DNA of 64,000 nt from Desulfomonilia bacterium (lineage in GTDB: Bacteria > Desulfobacterota > Desulfomonilia > UBA1062), in the NCBI GenBank assembly GCA_963664325.2, contig CAXXDQ010000009.1, positions 1 through 64,000 of the forward strand, given 5' to 3'. The position numbers and the translations under genes are program-made. Each line of letters opens with the position of its first letter. Positions within the stretch are counted from its first letter, which is position 1. This document shows, one piece after another, positions 59,203 to 64,000 of this stretch. The notes under the pieces are model-generated. The model was not told the origin of the DNA. It made no database searches and saw only the letters and a list, made by a program, of their open reading frames with translations.

Positions 59203-60867
59203 TTATGGCTTTAGGCTGATTTGCCAGCCGGCGATGGACCATGTCCCCAGATCACCTGAAAAGTCGCATGTGCCGTTATTAATAAAGGTGGCCAGAACTT
59301 CACTTGCGTTAAGGTTCATATGACCCGATGTCCAGATCCCTGCGGTACTGCGGCTGATTGTCCCGCTGCCGACCGGATCGATTATATCCTCCGGTGAGGA
59401 AACGGTTATCACTCCTGTCATGCCTGGGATTGTAAGTTTACCGTTGACAGAGAGCAGCGTCTGGGACCCCGGTTGCCACTGACGGTAGCGAACGCCGGTC
59501 TCAGGGAATGTATAAGCATTACCGTTGAGGGTGAAACCGCCGCTCAAGGTGTAATCCCTGTAATCGAGAGTTGATACCGGGTAGGTTATGAGGATGGGAA
59601 GAATATAGGCATTCATGGGAATGGTGGACGCGCCCGAGGTGTAGTCCGGATCATTTTCTCCATAGTAGGCCACATACGATATCTTCCACTGGTTATAGTC
59701 TACCTCTCCAATAGGATCGGGATACACGGCTTTCAGGGTATTCAGGGCAGTAATCGTCACCGAGTGCACGTACAATTCATCCAACCCGGCCGAGGTGGCT
59801 TTTATGTAGCCGGTTACATCTGCCGTGAGGGCAGCCACGCCAGTACCACTGCCATAGTACAGGCAGTTGTTCCATGGATACCCAGTGGTGGCATCGAATT
59901 TTACAGTCAAATTCCCGCTGAAGGAAAGGTACCCGTTCTTTGTAGCCCCGGGATCAACATAAACACTGCTTACAACCCCGGGAATGGTGGTGTCGTTAAA
60001 TGTTCTCGAGCCGCCGAGCAGGACTGCTAAAAGCTTGGTTATCAAATTGGGATCATCGAAGATCGTGTTCAAAACAAAATCTCCGGCGACAGTGTTCAAG
60101 TCATTCAACATTACATCATAGAGGGGTGCGTCATCGTAAGTACTGTCTGCACGGTTATACCCTATACCTGCATATGCTGTGTAAAGGGCATCCTGCGCTT
60201 GATCACGTGTCGTAAACCCCGGGTTGGAACGTGTTACCACAATGGTATAAGTCTTGGTAGTCGTCCCATCCTCGGCTTTGACCACGATAGTGATGGAGTT
60301 GTCCCCCAAGCTCAGGGGTATTGGTGTTGAAGCCGTACCGGAGACAACCGCCGAGCTGTTCACTGTAATGGTTGCATTTACCCCGGCCGATGTGGGTGTA
60401 ACCGTGAGCGAGGAAACGGCATCCGGCACCTGGGTCGTGTAGCTGAGAGTGCCGGACTGAAAAGCAGGAGTGAGCGTGCCCTGTGAAATAATCAGGCTGG
60501 AGAGGTCGGCGATATGGTTGAGGCCTTCAGCCTGCACATGGACTACCCAGGAGTGTTTACCCTTTCCGAAGATGCTGGTCTCCGTAACAGAAACGGTATG
60601 ATCCCCGATGTCTGCAGTGCCTGGTATATAGGTGAAGTATCGTGTTTTGAACGCCGGAACAACTACATCATCAAGCGTCCAGACAAAGTTTGTCGGTACT
60701 GGAAATGTCTTGATCTCAAAGGTGCATGGTTCCGCCACCTTCAGGGTGACCGGCGACGGCGGCGAGGCGGACAGGATACACCCGTTCAGCATGACAACGG
60801 CCATGAACAAAAAGAGTACCCCCAATAATCTCTTCATCACTGATCTATATTTCCATTTATTCATCAT
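59203..60867 (-). CDS. Surface lipoprotein: Ig/PKD-like and cadherin-like beta-sandwich domains plus an unassigned ~340-aa C-terminal domain
   Basis: SD GGAGG, lipobox LNGC and ADLSSL.IS.GTLTPAF...Y...AEDGTTTKTYTI.VTR. The C-terminal region is paralogous to 28665-30275. Confidence 0.85.
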   Translation of the reverse strand: MMNKWKYRSVMKRLLGVLFLFMAVVMLNGCILSASPPSPVTLKVAEPCTFEIKTFPVPTNFVWTLDDVVVPAFKTRYFTYIPGTADIGDHTVSVTETSIFGKGKHSWVVHVQAEGLNHIADLSSLIISQGTLTPAFQSGTLSYTTQVPDAVSSLTVTPTSAGVNATITVNSSAVVSGTASTPIPLSLGDNSITIVVKAEDGTTTKTYTIVVTRSNPGFTTRDQAQDALYTAYAGIGYNRADSTYDDAPLYDVMLNDLNTVAGDFVLNTIFDDPNLITKLLAVLLGGSRTFNDTTIPGVVSSVYVDPGATKNGYLSFSGNLTVKFDATTGYPWNNCLYYGSGTGVAALTADVTGYIKATSAGLDELYVHSVTITALNTLKAVYPDPIGEVDYNQWKISYVAYYGENDPDYTSGASTIPMNAYILPILITYPVSTLDYRDYTLSGGFTLNGNAYTFPETGVRYRQWQPGSQTLLSVNGKLTIPGMTGVITVSSPEDIIDPVGSGTISRSTAGIWTSGHMNLNASEVLATFINNGTCDFSGDLGTWSIAGWQISLKP

Positions 60868-60970
60868 TATTCCTCCCTCTTTTAGGCATTGTTTTATTAA
60901 AACCTGATAAAGAAAGCAGAACATTCTATCGTGGCTGATTTTTGAACAATATTCTGTATATCAACTAATG

Positions 60971-61064
60971 TGCAATGTCCAGGCCAGAATCATAACCAAG
61001 AGATATTCATAAGTTAGTCCTTTTGATTGTGAAAAATCACCATACATATGAGTAACTTTATTCA
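60971..61064 (-). promoter_or_regulatory. Sigma54 promoter and upstream activator box
   Basis: TGGCCTGGACATTGCA (GG-N10-GC) at 60986-60971 and TGAATAAAGTTACTCATAT at 61064-61046. Confidence 0.65.
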
Positions 61065-61360
61065 TAAAAAAAGTAATTTTTTTCCATGATGTCAGATGCA
61101 AAAAAGATACTGGGTATTTCCCTAAGGGTGTTTAATAAGAATCACCGATTTGTCAAAATATGAATACTCTGATCATGCCGGATGAGATTAATATTATGCC
61201 TGAAACGTTCGTCTTTGACCAAACAGCGAAATTTGTTAACTTTATATTGAAAAATATTAAACATCTAGCAGAATTCCGGGGCATAAAGAGGTAATAACCC
61301 TTTTCAGTCTGCAATATGAAAGTAAATTAAAGTAAAATACTTCTGGCAAAAAGGCTGTTT

Positions 61361-61376
61361 TGGATATATATTTGCA
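61361..61376 (+). promoter_or_regulatory. Possible sigma54 promoter
   Basis: TGGATATATATTTGCA (GG-N10-GC; TGGA instead of TGGC), about 130 nt upstream of the gene at 61507. Confidence 0.45.
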
Positions 61377-61506
61377 TTGATGATCTAAGCACATCCCAGG
61401 GTAACAAGCCACGGGGCATTGAAATTTTATCGTATGGGTACCAATTTGTATTTCAGGACTCTGGAAATTGCTCTTTGGGATAAGTTAAAATATGGGAGGT
61501 AAATAT

Positions 61507-62952
61507 ATGAAAAAAACCGTCATGATTATCGCACTAACCTGTTTGTTAGCCATTACCGGGTGTGCCCAGCATGACACCACGGCCGTCGTTGTCACTACGG
61601 ATAATACGGGGACAAGCAATGAGACAGCCACTTTGGTGAACACCGATGACCTGACCATCGCTCCGGTGAACATCTCCCTTGGCAACATGGATGAGCCCAA
61701 TATGGTCGTAGTGTCGCCAGACAGCACAAAGGCGTATGTGGCCAGTACCCACTATCCGGGTGTGGCCTACGGCAGCAATAAGGTCCAGGTCATCGACATC
61801 AAGACCAAGGCCATTACCAAGACCATCACCGTAGATGATGATATTTACGACATCAAACTCAACCCCAGCGGTTCGCGGCTTTATATAGGCAGCTGGAATG
61901 TATTTCACGCCATCATCGACATCTACGACACAACCATCATGGAGAGCGTGGGCAGCTTCGACACCGATGAGAGCGTCCTCTGGCCGCCATATGCTGATCC
62001 CTTCCGCTGGGCCTGGAAGCTTGCCGTGCACCCCACTCTGGATGTAGTCTACGTATTGGCTGCCAATGGCATTGATGCCCGTGTGAGGGCTTATTCCACC
62101 ACCGACGGCACACTCATAGGCGGAATGGAATATCCAATTGCCAATTCCGGCATAGCAAACCTCCTTGACTACAAACTTGCGATCTCTCCCGAGGGAGACT
62201 TACTGCTGTCGCTCAGCTCCAAGATTTTCCCCTTTGCCATCAATGAAGACGGAAGCCTTCGAGTCCTCTATGACACAAATGCCGATGGGATAAGCGAGGG
62301 CATCGACTGGCAGGAAACCGACAGTGCTACACTGTGGGGCAAGACAGACATTCTCTTCACAAAGACCAAGGGTGTCATCTACATTAACTCGGCCGGGGTC
62401 CATGCCGGTATCCTAAACCTTGCCGGCGGATCGGTATGCATGAGCAAAGCCAAGATCCTTGCTGAAAATGCCAACCCATACATTTACACCCTGACTGATT
62501 TCGTTGATGATCTGCTGCCCTGGATAGTGAAGCAGCTGGGCTATCCTAACGTAGCTGATCTCATCGACCCGCTTCAACTGTACGGTATTTCCGCTTCCGT
62601 CATGGTTGACAATACCTGCTTCATGTTCATTGCCCCGATCATCTCTATTGAGACTGCAGACCTGACCATCCCCAACATCTTTGTTGTCTTCAACTCTGTC
62701 TTCACTGGGTTCACCCCGTTCTGGGTAGGCGGCATGGTCACAACCACCTATACCAACAACATGGCCGTCAACCCGGCCAAAACCACCCTGTGCCTGACCA
62801 ACAAATGGGCTAAAAGCATGGATGTATGGTCAAAGAACCCGATTGTCGGATGGGCCGGCATGAAGAAAAAAGGCACAATCAATTTTGGGGATGAAACTTA
62901 TCCACAGACTTTGGGAATGGCGAGCCTTCCCAAACCTTCACCTCTACCTTAA
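61507..62952 (+). CDS. YncE/YVTN-like beta-propeller lipoprotein
   Basis: GGAGG SD, lipobox ITGC, VSPDSTKAYV...VQVIDIKT....TI.V, LNPSGSRLYI and AISPEG. Confidence 0.8.
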   Translation: MKKTVMIIALTCLLAITGCAQHDTTAVVVTTDNTGTSNETATLVNTDDLTIAPVNISLGNMDEPNMVVVSPDSTKAYVASTHYPGVAYGSNKVQVIDIKTKAITKTITVDDDIYDIKLNPSGSRLYIGSWNVFHAIIDIYDTTIMESVGSFDTDESVLWPPYADPFRWAWKLAVHPTLDVVYVLAANGIDARVRAYSTTDGTLIGGMEYPIANSGIANLLDYKLAISPEGDLLLSLSSKIFPFAINEDGSLRVLYDTNADGISEGIDWQETDSATLWGKTDILFTKTKGVIYINSAGVHAGILNLAGGSVCMSKAKILAENANPYIYTLTDFVDDLLPWIVKQLGYPNVADLIDPLQLYGISASVMVDNTCFMFIAPIISIETADLTIPNIFVVFNSVFTGFTPFWVGGMVTTTYTNNMAVNPAKTTLCLTNKWAKSMDVWSKNPIVGWAGMKKKGTINFGDETYPQTLGMASLPKPSPLP

Positions 62953-62966
62953 TAATATGAGCCTGG

Positions 62967-62992
62967 GTCCCGGGCGGAAATCCGCCCGGGAC
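62967..62992 (+). terminator. GC-rich hairpin after the beta-propeller gene
   Basis: GTCCCGGGCGGA-AA-TCCGCCCGGGAC with no strong T tail. Confidence 0.55.
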
Positions 62993-63207
62993 TGAAGGCA
63001 TCATTCAAGGGTTTGATTCAGAAGAATCCCCCTTTAAAGGGTTAAGCTGTTGACCCGACATTCTGAAAGGTAACCGCCAACAACTTATATATAAACATAC
63101 ACAATCTTATATTTCGGTTGCCGTACTTCAAAGATCAATTCCGTCAACACGTTGTAGTAACTTGAAAACCAGATTTCAATCAAACAGCAAATTACTTCCA
63201 TGGAAAA

Positions 63208-63299
63208 TGAATTAAATTACTCATATCATGTCATGTACGCCTCTCCTTCGATGTAACTAATTGATATTTTTAGTTATTATTTATGGCATTCCCATTGCT
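63208..63299 (+). promoter_or_regulatory. Sigma54 promoter with upstream activator box and IHF site
   Basis: TGGCATTCCCATTGCT at 63284-63299, TGAATTAAATTACTCATAT at 63208-63226, and IHF consensus TATCAATTAGTTA on the reverse strand at 63254-63266. Confidence 0.7.
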
Positions 63300-63423
63300 T
63301 ATGAAATTGTTATGGGACTTTTTCACGATATACAAATGGATAACCGGAAAACCCAGGGCATCCTGGAACGAATGCAGGCCGGATGCTTAAGACTATTCAT
63401 TGCACTACGAGAGAGGAAAACCG

Positions 63424-64000
63424 ATGATAAAAATCAGTGCTTCTACGATTACACGGCAAGTTGTTATTCTCTCCATACTAATACTCTTCGCAGGTTGCGG
63501 CGGAGGCAGCGGAGGCGGCAATAGCGAAAGTACTCCGCCGGTTGTAAACAACAACGATCCGGGCAGCACAGTAACCTTTACCTTCACCCTTGATCCGGGC
63601 CAGATAAACAACATTCCCTCTGAAGCCGACCATGTCAAGGTGGTCCTTGACGGGAATGCTTCCACAGCCGAAGTAACTTCCAGGATCATAATATATGCTG
63701 ATTCGCCGTCAGCGGCCTGCGCCGATGAAGACACCCTTATGCTCAGCTTTAATGTTTCCCCAGGCGAGCATACCTACACCGTCTCGGCCCTGAAAGGCAT
63801 CTCCGAACTGGAAACCATTGGACCAATTCAGTTCACAAAGGTAAAGGACATCCCTCTCACCGCACCCATCGCCTTTGATTATCCTTCGTTTGATACGAAT
63901 CAGACTGATATCGGGTTGGATACCTCGAACGTCTTTTCATATTTCGGGACAGCAGGCAATAACCGCATTGTCCAGTACGGCGGACCGGCTGACGACGCCC
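63424..64000 (+). CDS. Surface lipoprotein (3'-partial; not in the ORF track)
   Basis: GAGG SD, MIKISAS...LFAGCGGGSGGG, and an open frame to the window end with beta-rich sequence. Confidence 0.8.
   Translation, partial: MIKISASTITRQVVILSILILFAGCGGGSGGGNSESTPPVVNNNDPGSTVTFTFTLDPGQINNIPSEADHVKVVLDGNASTAEVTSRIIIYADSPSAACADEDTLMLSFNVSPGEHTYTVSALKGISELETIGPIQFTKVKDIPLTAPIAFDYPSFDTNQTDIGLDTSNVFSYFGTAGNNRIVQYGGPADDA

Noticed and set aside
63261-63734. ORFs 63261-63524 (+) and 63405-63734 (-)
   Set aside because: They overlap the promoter and the better-supported lipoprotein frame starting at 63424.
1-64000. CRISPR array, rRNA, intact IS or prophage genes
   Set aside because: No regularly spaced repeats, rRNA-like sequence, transposase or phage structural genes were seen by eye.

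Overview
This is a 64 kb bacterial chromosomal window. The gene content suggests an anaerobic Desulfobacterota/deltaproteobacterium-like organism (inference, no marker search run). Housekeeping genes include thrS-infC(ATA start)-rpmI-rplT-pheS-pheT, htpX, asd, glpABC, rsmE, two GH57 genes with a galT-like gene, xerC-hslV-hslU-yhaM, tRNA-Val(GAC) and tRNA-Met(CAT). Accessory DNA includes a decayed ~4.1 kb islet at tRNA-Val (degenerate att repeat plus an integrase relic missing from the ORF track) and an AT-rich EcoRII-like RM/Vsr island beside radC and a RES fragment. There are also dispersed EPS/PEP-CTERM-type genes, a TetR-controlled oxidoreductase/FGGY kinase/phospholipase C-like operon, and many surface lipoproteins. 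The strongest candidate for an undescribed system is a set of four modular surface-lipoprotein genes, each behind a sigma54 -24/-12 motif. Two of them share a near-identical upstream box at matching spacing, two have consensus IHF sites, and two share a ~340-aa C-terminal domain I cannot assign. No CRISPR array or rRNA was seen. All family calls come from motif recognition by eye.
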